Positions 1-12,356 are shown, counted from the first letter of the stretch. The stretch: 32,000 nt of DNA from Zygophlyctis sp. KS116 (GCA_054661495.1 BAAFSQ010000061.1:1-32000), one strand, 5' to 3'. The notes: a model not told the origin generated them from the letters alone. Numbers and translations: made by a program.

Positions 1-6
1 ATGTTA

Positions 7-638
7 TCAAATAAATAACAATAACAGTCCTAGGAATGCCAAATTGATTTTGGAAATAGAAGAGCCGCTTATTTGATCGGTTGGAATACTAAGGAGTGTT
101 CCTGCAGTAGCTGTAGATATGTTTGATCCAATACTATGATATGCTGAACTTTTTTGAGAAGATTTGGTAGATTTTGTTCCTGTTTGAGAAGGTTTGGTAG
201 ATTTTGTTCTAGTTTGAGAAGGTTTGGTAGATTTTGTTCTTGTTTTAGAAGGTTTGGTAGATTTTGTTCTAGTGCTCAATACAGAGGATGATTTTCCAAC
301 TTTAGAGCATACTTTTTTGAAAATGTTGAAAGTATTTTCAATAGAACAAGCACTGATTACAGGCTCAATTCTAGACTTAGATTCTTAGATTCTCACCTTT
401 TTGAACATTTGCTAATAATTGGACATAATGATCTGACCTTTTCTGAACTACAATCACCAGCTTCCGGACAAGAGTCAATTAGAAACTTGGCCCAGGCTGC
501 CAATTGTGCTTTACAAGAACTGTCTAAGGCTTTTATTGCTTTTTTACATTCAGGAGAATATACTGTACTGTTAGTGACATCTTGTGATAAAATGAATAGA
601 GGTAACATTGCAATCATAGTAAGAAAGATCATTATCAT
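7..638 (-). CDS. Secreted, probably GPI-anchored surface protein with an 8-Cys domain and a Lys/Thr/Ser repeat stalk
   Basis: ORFs 393..710 and 7..279 join in frame through a 26-nt GT-AG intron (371-396). Hydrophobic N-terminus MIMIFLTMIAMLPLFILS with ATG at 638 in AAAATG context, 8 Cys, four TRTKSTKPSQ-like repeats, and a hydrophobic C-terminal tail (NLAFLGLLLLFI) after small residues (SGSS). Confidence 0.75.
153..272. repeat. 4 x 30-nt coding tandem repeat (TRTKSTKPSQ-like)
   Basis: Unit approximately tttgagaaggtttggtagattttgttctag, repeated four times with few substitutions. Confidence 0.9.
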
Positions 639-826
639 TTTTATGCTAACTTGATAAATGCACAATTGGATAAAAATAGAATGTAATCTATATTTAGAAG
701 AGGTTGCCACCCAACCAACGTGATTCGATCAGGATCTTATCTGCAGGATCCTCTCTCCTCATAAAAAAAACTCAGACTGTTCAGGTATTCAGATTTGATT
801 GCATTTATGAATTATTTAAAGCTTCC

Positions 827-1654
827 TTACATTTTGTCGTCCATGTGATTTGATAATGAATGACTTAGAGATGTCATTGTCATTGGCGGGACTTCAATTG
901 GAGTCCCCAATGGAACTGTAAGCCCCAAGCTTCGGGCATCTATTCCATGCATATTACAAATTTTTGACAATACAACCTCCAATTCTCTGTTTCTTTCCAT
1001 TTGCTTTTCTAGAATTTTATTACTGAATTTTCCTTACCTGCAAAAGCATGAATGTGCCTCAAGTAGTCTACAGATCTTTTCAGAATTATACCTTTATTTG
1101 GCTTATTTTGAATATCAGTCGGAAATTCTGGTAAAAGTCCTGCTAATTCTTGAATCTTTTCATTAATATGATCTCTTCTTCTTCTTTCAACTTGATTATG
1201 AGATTCCCTTCTCTTTTTTCTTTTTTCATTTACTACATCAATTCTAAAATTTAAATGTTAAAAATTACTGTTTAGAGTCTTCATTACTACCGCCTTGAGG
1301 AGGAAAAGAAGAAAAGGAACTACCATGAGAGTTGAAAGAACTTGGTTGCATATGGATAGTTGGATCAAAGTGTCCTCGCACAGGTACAGAAAGTGAGTAG
1401 TACTGCTGTAGACTGGGAGTTCCAAAAGGAGATCCAACAGAAGCAGATGCCTCTCCATCATCAAAATCATCCAATGGGGATGTGTTTATAGAGTTGAAGT
1501 TTGACAGTTCAAATTCATTGGTAAATGGATCTCCAGTGAGGAAACTGGGGTCAACTGTAGATATATCCATCTTGGGTCCTGGGATAGGAGGCATTTGATG
1601 GTGATAATTCTTCATAGCTTCTCTCAGGTCTCTTAAACCAGATGAGTTTTGCAT
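827..1654 (-). CDS. bHLH-leucine-zipper transcription factor, Rtg3 / MiT-TFE-like
   Basis: ORF 1265..1726 spliced through introns 1244-1268 (25 nt) and 1009-1037 (29 nt) gives NEKRKKRRESHNQVERRRRDHINEKIQELAGLLP..KPNKGIILKRSVDYLRHI followed by a zipper, with stop TAA at 829-827. Start placed at 1654 (AAAATG); an upstream ATG at 1720 is possible. Confidence 0.85.
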
Positions 1655-1821
1655 TTTGTGTAAATTTAGAACGCCACAACTTTTGGGGCGTAGATCACAA
1701 GGCACCTGTTCCATTCTCATGATCAATCTTTTTTAGAATAATTGCACCACAATGATTAAAATTAGAAAGAGAATTAAGTTGTGAAGGTTATAATCAAAAT
1801 ATCAATATAGTCTAAAATTAA

Positions 1822-4800
1822 TCATATCGTCCCAAGATCAAACTCCAATTCCTCTTCCAATGCCATGCTTACTTCCTTCAGTTCCATTTTCAACCGTTCA
1901 TTTCGAGCAAATGTACTACTTACACTAGAATTCACATTACGCGATACATTTTGGAAATTTTGACGAACTTGTCGAGAATCTACATTATTGTTTTTCAGTG
2001 TTTTTGAAGATTTCGATTTCCCAAAAAGAATTTTCAAATCTGTTTCTGAAGTGGAACTCTTTGATAATGCAAGATCCAAGACAGAAATTAGGCCTGGAGA
2101 TGATGGATTGCTTTGAATTAGATCAATTAATGGTGACCAAAATGATGTGCTCCTGGATAAGCTAGAAAATTTCAAAGGCCCCAAAACTCTAATCAAACCT
2201 ATTAAAACTTGAAGAACAGTTTCCAAGGTTTCTTTTCGCCTTGTCAGTTTGAGAATTACTGAAACTATGAATTTGATGTCTGGATGGAAAATATCATGTA
2301 TAACTGACCAAAGTTGAAATATAAAGTCGTCCTTATTCCTAAATTTCTGTTTTGAAAAAGATAATAACAAATCTGACAATTGTTCATATTCAAGAGAGGT
2401 ACAGAGCTCACAAAGGCGTGCAGAAACTTCATATACTTGTTTGCATTCCACTGGAGTCTCAAATGATTTCATCATTTGTGTCACATTTGCTAAAATGCCG
2501 CATAATAGCCTATGAGAAACATCACCGAGGAATTCTACTGATTTAGGAAGTGGAGCGAGAATATTGAATACGTAAAGTGTCTTAGAAGCAAGCTCATCTT
2601 GATAAAGTCCGAGGAACATTTTTTGGAGCAAAGGTTCACTGTCGCTAGATTTCGGTCTAGAGTTTTCAAGCGTATTCAAAACTGAGTGGGAATTGAATGC
2701 TAGCCGATCGGGAAAGATAAAAAGGATTTCAATTCCTTTAGCATATTCCCACAAATGAGGAGAATATAAACATGCAATACCAGCCCACCACATTTCTAAA
2801 TAATCTTCAAGAGATTCGGCTGAATTCAACATATAAATCAGGGTTTTAAGGCATTCCATGGCATATCCTTGGACATCGGGAACTTCATCGCCCAAAAGTG
2901 TACTTATACGTAATATTAGCTTTCCCGCATCATTTTTACTAATTTCAGAAGAAATGAATCTATAAATTTGCAAAGAGCGACAAGCAATATGACGAATGGG
3001 GCAGTTTATACCCCATTTGAACCCAACATCTGCCCATTCGTTCCTAAAGCCAGTTTTCAGGCCAGAAAATACGGTGGTTAAAGTATCAACGATTGACTTA
3101 ATAATCTTAACTGATTCCAACTCCACAAAATTTGGAGGGCTTAGATCCTCATACTTAATCATGCTTTTTGCATTTAAAGAGATAATTGGTTCATGAAGAT
3201 CTAAAACGAGAGATTGAATGGTGCCATTTAATAAGGATGTACAATCTTCTGAAATAAGTGACGAAAAATGATCAATATGTACAAGGCAAACATGCAATAT
3301 TGTTGATAGATGAGGAATTATGGTAGAGGGCGCTACTTGAAGAATCATATCACTTATGAACATAATTGCGATTTGAGTGCGTGAAAAAGATTGCTGATTT
3401 GAGGTATCTAACAAAATCGAATCTATCGTGATCATATTTGAAGAAAAAAAATCTTGAATTGAATCGTTTTCTCGAATATAGGGAATCATACCTTCGGGAG
3501 TTATTCGCTCCATCAAAATTTCAAATGAATTCAACTGGGCCAAGTATATAAACACAGTCTTTCCATTTAGAATAGCCTTTGGATTTTTCTTCAAAAGGGC
3601 AACTTGGATCAAAAACTCGGCAATTATTTCCAAACAGGTTCTTAAAATGTATTCATCCTGAAATTCAAAAAGCATTAGCCAAATTGTTTCCATTTCAGAC
3701 AAAAAATCGAGTGAATATTGAACTGTAAGACAAAATAAAATAGTGAGAGATAAGTTAGCTTCGGGAGAAGAAGGGGGCCTGAATGGATCATAAGATCTGC
3801 CACTTTTTTGCAAAAAATTCACCTCCAAGCTCTCTAAATTGATATTTGATACCCACGGAGCTAAAACAATTAGAAAGTCTTTCACGTCATTAGATCTCTT
3901 GTCATTATCCATCATATCTAGGCGCATGAAAATTTCTTCGAGTATCTAAATATGAATAAATAAAACGACATACTGAGAGAGAAAGGTCCTTACGCTGTTC
4001 TGCCCATTTGGAAGAAATTCCACGCTGAGCATTTTTGAAAATTGCAGCAATTGGGCGTGATATTAAATGAGAGTCAGGAGTTAACTCATGCAAGTCTTGA
4101 TCCCCCATCTGAGAGTTCGAACGAGATTCATCTTTTTCAGGCCAGGGCGAGCCATAATCATCCAAAATTGGAGGTACATTGCTTGGAATTTTCTGCGAAT
4201 TACTTATCCCAGAAAAATGCTGATCCAAACGAGCAAAAACACGAGCTGCGGCATTTCGGACTTTAAACTCTGATTTTCCAATTTTATACAAGGTTAATGT
4301 ACATAGTCTTGTTAAAGAACATGGGGTCGGCTTATTTTGACATATGAGATCCGCTAGAACCAAAAAAAATCCCAGGGATGTTTTATCTTCAGGGTCAATA
4401 TAACATTCATTAACTACTAAACTCCACAGTTCTTCATCCTCTGAGTTTGAGGACAAAGCTCGGTCAAGTGATAAGTGAGCTATATGGTGAATTTTCGCAT
4501 CAGGAGCAGAAAATACTGATTTGATCCAATTAAAAATTGTTGGTAGTTCAAACTTATTTGTAGTGATAGATGAATGGGATAAAGGACCGAAAGAAAGAGC
4601 ACACATAGCCTTTAAGGAAGCAACCTCGAGCATCATTCTCTGATCTTCCATCATCGAAGTCAATGAAGCCCTTTCATTTATATCTTTAACTTGCTCCAGA
4701 ACTTGATTCATTAAATATGCTTCTCTGTCGCGGGTCTGCTTGGATAACTCACCGTAACCGCACCAAGTTTCAAATAATCGATATAATCCCATCCTCAATT

Positions 4801-7800
4801 CAAATGAAAATATTTCTTCGATTGCGCTTCTTCCATCACTGTATATTGCAGCCACAAGATGTGAATAAAATCGACCTACTAGCGCACAAAAGTAACATCG
4901 TATAAGTTGATGATCCCATTCGTTTTGAATCTCTGGGATAGACAAAAAGCGAGCAATTTGCTTTATGAATGGTACAAGAGTTGATATGAATGAAGATGCA
5001 GATCTAAATTCTTCAAAATCAATAAAATCTGCAATAAATGATAAAATGTAAACTAAGTCCTGTCTTTGACGATCACTTCTCTTTTGTGAAGCCACCAGAA
5101 TAGAGTTTCCACTTTTGCGGTTGTTAGGAATATTTCCAAGTTTTATGATGGCTGCACATGCTGTCATGTGTGGCTCAAGAAGATCTAAAAAGAGTCTATA
5201 GTTACATGAATGAACACCACATAAAGCTTGAACAGCAACTTGGCGAATAAAAGCCCGCTCGGCACCCATGAAATCGAGAAGGGAATTAAATAACGTTTCA
5301 ATCGCAAGCTCCGATGGAACAGGACCGCGTATGAGCAACTTTAAATCTTTTTCTGTGACAATTCCTGATACTGAAACTGCGAAAACGCAATAAAAAGACC
5401 ACTGTTCAACTAATTCATCAGAGATTATGGTAAGCCTTTTATCAGTTTTTTCTGAAGCCCATTTCATTGTTCCAAAGGAAATTTTCGATCCAGATTCGGA
5501 AGATTGTAAAATTGTTGGAGATAAAATGTGGATACCGCTCATCAGCTGTTTAAAAGCTAGGGCCAAAGGCTGGATATGCCCATAATCATAAAAAGCTCTA
5601 GCTAAATCCGGAAAGCATCTGCTCCATATCTGAGTATCCTTTAATGAAGAAGATCCGGCTAAATGCATCAGTGAGTTTGGTCTCTCAAAAAGAGCTTTGC
5701 GATACTCTTTTTCCTTTAAATCTTCCTCTCTTGTCATGAACGAAGTGCGACCTATTGAAGCAGGATCTGCATAGTTTCTTCTTATAAGATCCATTCCAAT
5801 CACTTTTAAAATATCACTTATCCTAGATTTATGAGGTACTAAGCCCTTATATTCCTTGAGTGGTCGCTTCAGGGAAGGCAAATACCCATTAGGGCGTGCT
5901 TCGTCATTTTTGGACAAACTTGAGATTTCTAAAGATTCCATGTGTGAGGGAGGAAGCAGAAAACTAATTTTCTCCAATAGATTAATTGCTGAACGTCGTA
6001 CTTCAGCATTGATAGAGCATAAAAATATCAGCGAGCAACCCTCCAAATGATCGATAATTTCTTCAATATTTCCAATTTTATGGTGCATTATTTCATCAAA
6101 CCATGGATCTAGGAGTCTATTTATCGAAATGACGATAGATAATTCAAATTTTTTCCATTGGAATCCCAGCACATCCGTCTTAAATCAATATTATAAAATG
6201 TTACCATGTTTTCGATCAAGCATCGATATGCGGAATCCAAAAAATTAAGAACTACGTATTCTCTCCAAGATGTTCCTTCACAAGTCCAAAAAGGAGATGT
6301 TTGAGTTGCCTTGATATTTGATATCCGCTCGAGGCAAAGAAGTGCAGCTTCATGGATTGAAGAATGCCCAGAAAAAAGAGCCAGAGTCACGAAAGATATT
6401 ACCGACTTGGGGCTCATTGAACAGGGAGAGGCAATCGGAATCACATCAATCCAAATTTTCCATATATCGTTCATATAATTTCTATCTGCAGAACTTGCGG
6501 AGGACCTAAATTCAATCAGAGATAAGCTGGACAATGATGGCTCAGCCAAACTGGAGCGATTAGATGCGAGAGAAGCCATAGATGTGACCGTACCACCACC
6601 ATAATTTCCATTTGCATATGGTGACGACATACTGGGATTTACAGCATGATTAATTAATTCTAAAATCGGTAATTTCCTAAAATATGTCTCTAAAATTCCA
6701 CCAACTAGGCCCATTACCTCATTCAATTTTTCAAGAGTATCTTTGGTAGTTGCGTTCATTTTCTGTAAAAAGGGAGTTGTAATAATCGGAGGAATTGAAG
6801 CAGCCGATTGTCTAAGCTGAATTTCGCATAGTTCAAATTTTGAAATATCATTAAATCGAGGGAAATGAGGCACAGGAAGAGTGTATTTGCTTTCCACAAT
6901 TACTGTGTTTGTACTGATTGAAAGTTTTCTGGAGTTAGATTCAGGCATATTTGATACTAATGATTCTATAGAAACTAAAACGTCCATTATGAAATAATGA
7001 AATGCTCCAATACCAATAGCATAGCGTTCTAAAGGTACAGGTTCATTTGTAGAAGAGTTTGAAATGAGCGAAATAGAAGAAGAACTGCTTTGCAAACCTG
7101 TAGCAGCAGAATAAATAGGAGAAGACGGGGTTGTAGATGATGCCGATTCTTCTGGTGATAAAATAGATGCTGTAGCCAATGAATTTTGTTGAGTACTATA
7201 ACCAAATAAGAGTGGGAAAATCGTTTCAGCTGAAAAGTCGGGAAATTTGTTACAAATATAATACACAAGCCTGATGTACATTTCCAAATCTAAATCATTC
7301 GGATAAAAAACACGTCTTCCCAAAGGAAACATAATTTTCAAAAGTGAGTCCATTTTCTTTAAAGCATTTGTCGCTACAGGATCCATACAACGAAATAAAT
7401 ACACCCATATAAGTCTACTTACAGAAGCAAGAGCTAAATGTTTAATAGGTTTATCTCTATCCTTAAATCTTTGTACGAATAAATCGCAAAATCCAAGCCA
7501 ATTTTTAGAAAAAAAATCCCGTTTGGAAACACAAAGTAGAGTAGTTATTAGGGCCATTGCGTTTTGAAAATGCCTCGGTTTCCCAATCATTTTTTGTGCC
7601 TTTGGAAATATTAATTCGATAGTTTTCATCCATGTAGGAAGATTAACCTCTGCTGATGCTACCTAATTCATTAAAATTATTTTAATTTTTACTGCAGCTA
7701 TTGGTTCTAATAAATCTAAAAACGTCATTGCAAATGCATGTTTCAACTTTAATGAATGTGATTCTAGAAATGATTCTCCACATACTTTTAAAAAATGTAC

Positions 7801-8524
7801 AGTTTCTTCCAATCTTTCCAGTGGATAAATCTAAAATTCTCTTATAACTTTACAAACTTACTTTCAATTTCAAATTTCTCATACATCGTATCAACAATTC
7901 CGCCTTTGATTCCTTGACTGCTGAATTCTTATTAATCTCTATTAAAAATCTAGAGCTAACAGTAGGAAATCTCAATTCTGACAGTGTACCAGCAAGTGTA
8001 GCAAAAGATTCCATATTTGAATGTCTAATTTTGCTTAGAAAATTAAAATACCTATTAATCTTCCTCTGGATCACATCTGGATCCGTATTATTCAATTGTC
8101 CAAACACCATTTCTTCAATTTTAGCTCCTAAATGCTCTGGTAAAGTTTCAATTGTCAAATTTTTGAGAATATTCTTTAGAATCATGACTAGAATATAGTT
8201 AAATAGCAGCAGTTTTCTTTCGTAACTCGAAGTTTTATCCTGTAATTCATTTTTAGACTTTCTCCATGCCATTAATGAGTCTATTATACATTTTAAATCA
8301 TATTTAGCCATTGAGCCTAATAGAGCCATGGTCGCTGTAAATTCCTTGTCCAGGACTACTAATAGCTCCTTGTACAGATCAGCGTCTTGTCCAGTCGAGT
8401 TTAAAACAAATTCTATTTTTCTCTCAGCGCAACTCACAAACTGACTAAATGCATGTTGGAGCAATAAAGACTGTGATGATTGTCTGGTGGATGAATGTTC
8501 AGGAGTTGTCATTGGCGCTTTCAT
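1822..8524 (-). CDS. TAO3: Cell morphogenesis protein TAO3/PAG1/Mor2 (Furry family), RAM/MOR network scaffold, about 2,200 aa
   Basis: Four large ORFs joined by introns 8025-8051 (27), 7831-7861 (31), 7663-7692 (30), 6179-6204 (26) and 3946-3973 (28). Family-like motifs: IIDSLMAWRK, LKLKIYPLERLEE, AEVNLPTW, SRLIWVYLFRC, WGINCPIRHIACRSLQIYR. Confidence 0.9.
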
Positions 8525-8598
8525 TAAGAATGTAGAACCAGAAACTTGCCCTTGTTTTCACGGCGGTCAATGGTGTAGTCAGATTTTCTTCTTAAAAA

Positions 8599-10770
8599 AT
8601 GTTTGAAAGATTGCAACAAGTTAAGAAAGAAATTGCTGCTTTAAAGGCTGAACATTACTTCCTCTTGGATAAAGAAGAGCTAAGTAAAAGTGAACAGTAC
8701 AAGATGGACAACTTTGAGAAAGAACTCACCCGCCTTGAAACCCGATACAAAACTATTGTCACAGCACTCGGAAATGCCTCTGCGCCATATCAATATCAAG
8801 GTATTTTTCATTTGAAACATTTATATTTAGTATCTGTCAAACCTGCACAAGTTTTGAAAGACTTGCTTGGTTTTGACTTGAACTCGTCAGAAGTGAATTT
8901 CAGAGGATCTTCAATAACTTCAGATGGTGGCCCAACTGGGGATATCACAGATATTGTTCCGCTCATGAGATTTGTGTGCAGAGAAGAACCTGCTAAATTG
9001 GTTTATAATGTTTTGGATGAATATTTAGATTGGAAAGAACATGAGACTGGGGAAAAAGAAAAAAATATCAAATTTATTACTGTTGTTGGAACATCTGGGA
9101 AAGGAAAGACGACTTTTGCTCGTCGGTTTATGGATTTACCGTACTCAGGAAGGCATCCCGATATTGTCAATGATTGGAAAGAATGTAACAGAAGTTATCG
9201 GGTATCATGTACTGAATTTGATACAACAAAAGACCCCGAGACGCAGCTCTCCTTGCTTGTCTTATATGAAGCATTCAAAAATTCGGCTTCGGATGTTCTT
9301 TTGGGAGATTTCCTAGATGGTTTTGATCGCAATTTCTCTGGCAGACTCATATTCGCCGACATTTTAGAAGTCATTACCAAAACTTTCATTACTAAATTGA
9401 GCGACGATAATCGTAGAAAATTGTTGATGATTATCAATTTAGATGAGACGAATGCTCTTTTGGACAGTGGAAAGGAGAAAGAGTTCTTTCAAGAGTTAAT
9501 GCACATTCTTCGTAATACTTCTACAAGTTTTAACCTCCTTACAATACTATCGGGCACATATTCTAATGACCTATTTGAACAATTTCAATTCGGTCAATAC
9601 AAATTCGTTGATATTGGCTTGTCTATGATTGAATTAGAAGCATCAAAGGAAGTTATCTTAGGGATGACTGCAAACCCACATTTATATAATGTTTCACCCC
9701 ATTTAGAATATATTTTGACTCTCTGTGGTGGTGTCGGAAGATACCTAGAAATTGCCATCATTCAAATGTCAATTCTTGGGTCTGCCCAAATGGATGGCAA
9801 GGTCATTAAAGGGTTCAACTTGAATGCATACGAGTATTTTCTGAATAATTTACAAACTCCGCAGTATATTCAAACTCTTCTGGAAAATTTGACTAATGGC
9901 GTTTTGTCACATTACCCAAAAGTATTTTCAAGGTTTGCGCAGTCGATTGAATTATTAGCTTGCTACACTCTTTTCCAATGGCCTGTTCATCGGGGAACTA
10001 TCATCAATAAGTTGTCTGTCGGTAATTTGGAAAAAGAAGGGCTTGTATTTCTCCAACCAAGATCGGCCTATCAGAAATGCCTATCTATCCCCTTCATTGC
10101 GCTCTACTGGACAATCAAGTACAGCAATCAAAACGTACAGATACCCTTTCTGAAGGATATCAAAAGTTACTTTTACTCGGATCAATCAAAAAATAATTCA
10201 TTACACATCTTGATGGCGAAACTATGGGGACTCGTTCAGAAAAAGGAATCTTTTGCAAATAAAGATGGTCTTTGTTCTATTTTGCTGTCTGAACTCTTCC
10301 CCTTAAGAGATTCACAAGCAGATACGAAAATCAGATTTCGTCCTTTATTTCAGATCAAGTCCTCTACTCAAAGGATTAATTTACGCAACTGCGAAACGTA
10401 CAAAGAATTGATGTCCGATTCTGAATGTATTGCATTTCTAAATGCCAAAGGCGCATCATTTCCGGACGCAGTGATATTCTCTAATCCACGAATTGTAATT
10501 CAGGAAAAACAGAGTGTTGTAGACAAAAAACGGAAGTTAGATGGGTCGCCACCTTCATCTTTTGATAATGCATCATATCGGATGGAAAGACAAGAATTTC
10601 CAGAACCTGAAATCTTTCTGTTGATTGCAGATGATCAAGCAGAAGATATAACTTCTGGACCGCTTGACGTCTTTATTGATTGGGAGGACTTTGCTCAATT
10701 CTCTGGCCCGTTGATTGCCTTGAGAAAACTCTACTCTATTAATGCGCTCAACGAATCTGTGAAAGCTTGA
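8599..10770 (+). CDS. Crinkler/CR-type effector-like protein: helical header + P-loop NTPase + C-terminal restriction-endonuclease-fold domain
   Basis: Walker A VVGTSGKGKTT, Walker B IINLDE, LSGT, and LCGGVGRYL. C-terminal NAKGASFPDAVIF..IQEKQS resembles PD-(D/E)xK nucleases. N-terminal ~65-aa coiled-coil hairpin. Probable in-frame 30-nt intron at 8801-8830. Confidence 0.7.
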   Translation: MFERLQQVKKEIAALKAEHYFLLDKEELSKSEQYKMDNFEKELTRLETRYKTIVTALGNASAPYQYQGIFHLKHLYLVSVKPAQVLKDLLGFDLNSSEVNFRGSSITSDGGPTGDITDIVPLMRFVCREEPAKLVYNVLDEYLDWKEHETGEKEKNIKFITVVGTSGKGKTTFARRFMDLPYSGRHPDIVNDWKECNRSYRVSCTEFDTTKDPETQLSLLVLYEAFKNSASDVLLGDFLDGFDRNFSGRLIFADILEVITKTFITKLSDDNRRKLLMIINLDETNALLDSGKEKEFFQELMHILRNTSTSFNLLTILSGTYSNDLFEQFQFGQYKFVDIGLSMIELEASKEVILGMTANPHLYNVSPHLEYILTLCGGVGRYLEIAIIQMSILGSAQMDGKVIKGFNLNAYEYFLNNLQTPQYIQTLLENLTNGVLSHYPKVFSRFAQSIELLACYTLFQWPVHRGTIINKLSVGNLEKEGLVFLQPRSAYQKCLSIPFIALYWTIKYSNQNVQIPFLKDIKSYFYSDQSKNNSLHILMAKLWGLVQKKESFANKDGLCSILLSELFPLRDSQADTKIRFRPLFQIKSSTQRINLRNCETYKELMSDSECIAFLNAKGASFPDAVIFSNPRIVIQEKQSVVDKKRKLDGSPPSSFDNASYRMERQEFPEPEIFLLIADDQAEDITSGPLDVFIDWEDFAQFSGPLIALRKLYSINALNESVKA

Positions 10771-10892
10771 AGTGATTTTAATCGATCTAAAAATCTTAAA
10801 TATAAAATCCAGAATAGTACAAGTATTTTGAACTAGTGCACGGCCAAGTCTTATCAAGTTATAATTTTGTAATAATATTTGATTGTGAGAGA

Positions 10893-11771
10893 ATGACGAA
10901 TCAAACAATGACTGAACTCTTTGCTGGAAGCGTTGGTGGAATAACTCAAGTTCTCACTGGCCAACCATTTGATACTGTAAAGGTTAGATTACAAACACAA
11001 ACTGGAATATATTCAAGTGTCGGCGATGCTGTTTCAAAGATTTGGGGAAAAGAAGGACTATATGGATTTTATAAAGGATCTCTAGTTCCATTGGTTGGAA
11101 TAGGAGCTTGTGTTTCAATGTATTTTGTAATTTAGACTAAATTTAGTCAATTTGGAGCATTAGAAGCTGCAAAAAGATATTTTAGAGAATGGAATGATCC
11201 AATTCCAATATCTCAATTATTCCTATGTGGCTCTTTTTCAGGAATTGCTAATTCTATTCTTAGCGGTCCAATTGAAGGTATTAGAACACGTCTTCAAGTT
11301 CAAACTGGTACCTCTTCAGGACCAGCAAGTTTAATTAAAGATATTTATAGGAATTATGGAATTAAAGGAATTTATAAAGGACAAATGATTACTTTAGCTA
11401 GAGAATTTTGGGGTTATGGAATTTATTTTGCTACATATGAAGCATTAATTCAAAGAACTATGGGATTAGAAGACAAGAAAAGATCTGAAATTCAAGCATG
11501 GAAGCAATGTCTTTTTGGAGCATTTTCTGGTTATACTTTGTGGACTGTAATTTATCCAATTGATGTTATTAAATCTAAATTACAAACAGATAATTTAGAT
11601 CCGTTAAAAAGACAATTCTCTTCTTCTCTTGATTGTTTTAGAAAAACATTGGCTAGTGATGGATTAGCTGGATTATATAGAGGATTTCTTCCTTGTATGT
11701 TACGTGCTGGGCCTGTAAATGCAGCAACATTTTTGGCGTATGAAATTACAATGAATTGGATTGCAAGGTGA
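10893..11771 (+). CDS. Mitochondrial carrier family protein, YMC1/YMC2 (carnitine/ornithine carrier)-like
   Basis: Three carrier signatures: PFDTVKVRLQ, PIEGIRTRLQ, PIDVIKSKLQ. A 27-nt intron (11120-11146) restores GACVSIQFGA and joins ORFs 10836..11135 and 11385..11771. Confidence 0.9.
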
Positions 11772-11860
11772 ATAAGTATAATGTGAGTTGAGCAATTTAC
11801 AGCCTAGAACTAAGTCTTATAAATTTTCAACTTTTGACGATAATTTCAAGTCTTGCAGGA

Positions 11861-12356
11861 ATGGGATCTTGCTTCTCTCAATGTTTCCCTAATGCAGAAT
11901 CTAATGGTTTTGTAATTTAATTTTCTCTAAAAATCAGCCAGATGAAACGTCTCATCTTTTATCAAACATTGAAGAGCCGACTCAGCCCGTAAAGTCTGAT
12001 CATGAACCGGAAATTCTAGAATCTTTAGAAAAATACAAGGCTATTGTACAAAAGGCTGCAGAGTAATTTTATAGTTTTAATCGCAAAGAAATCTGATTGA
12101 TGTCTCTTCAACTAGAATCTTAGATCGTGTACAAACTGATATCGAAAAGGCAAATGAATACAGGTACAAATTAATTTCTAAACATAGGAATCTATTGTTA
12201 GATGTGGAGATCAATGGATTGAATATTATAAATCCTTTGAAAATCTCAAATGTCGAAAAGGATAGTGTTATAGAACAGAAAATGATTAGATGGATCGCAG
12301 ATCTAGATAAGAGTATTGATGGTATAAGACTGCAAGTTGATCATTTAAAAATCTAA
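11861..12356 (+). CDS. LAMTOR1/Meh1(Ego1)-like lipid-anchored Ragulator/EGO subunit
   Basis: Not in the ORF track. Exons joined through introns 11912-11937 (26), 12063-12088 (26) and 12164-12187 (24). N-terminal MGSCFSQC (myristoylation/palmitoylation type), dileucine DETSHLL, and LAMTOR-like IVQKAAENLIDVS. Stop TAA at 12354-12356. Confidence 0.75.

Noticed and set aside
1671-1691. Small hairpin ACGCC...GGCGT upstream of the bHLH gene
   Set aside because: It is too short and imperfect to call as a structured RNA or terminator.
2265-9437. Numerous short antisense or alternate-frame ORFs within TAO3 and the CRN-like gene
   Set aside because: They are shadow ORFs of long coding regions with no independent features.
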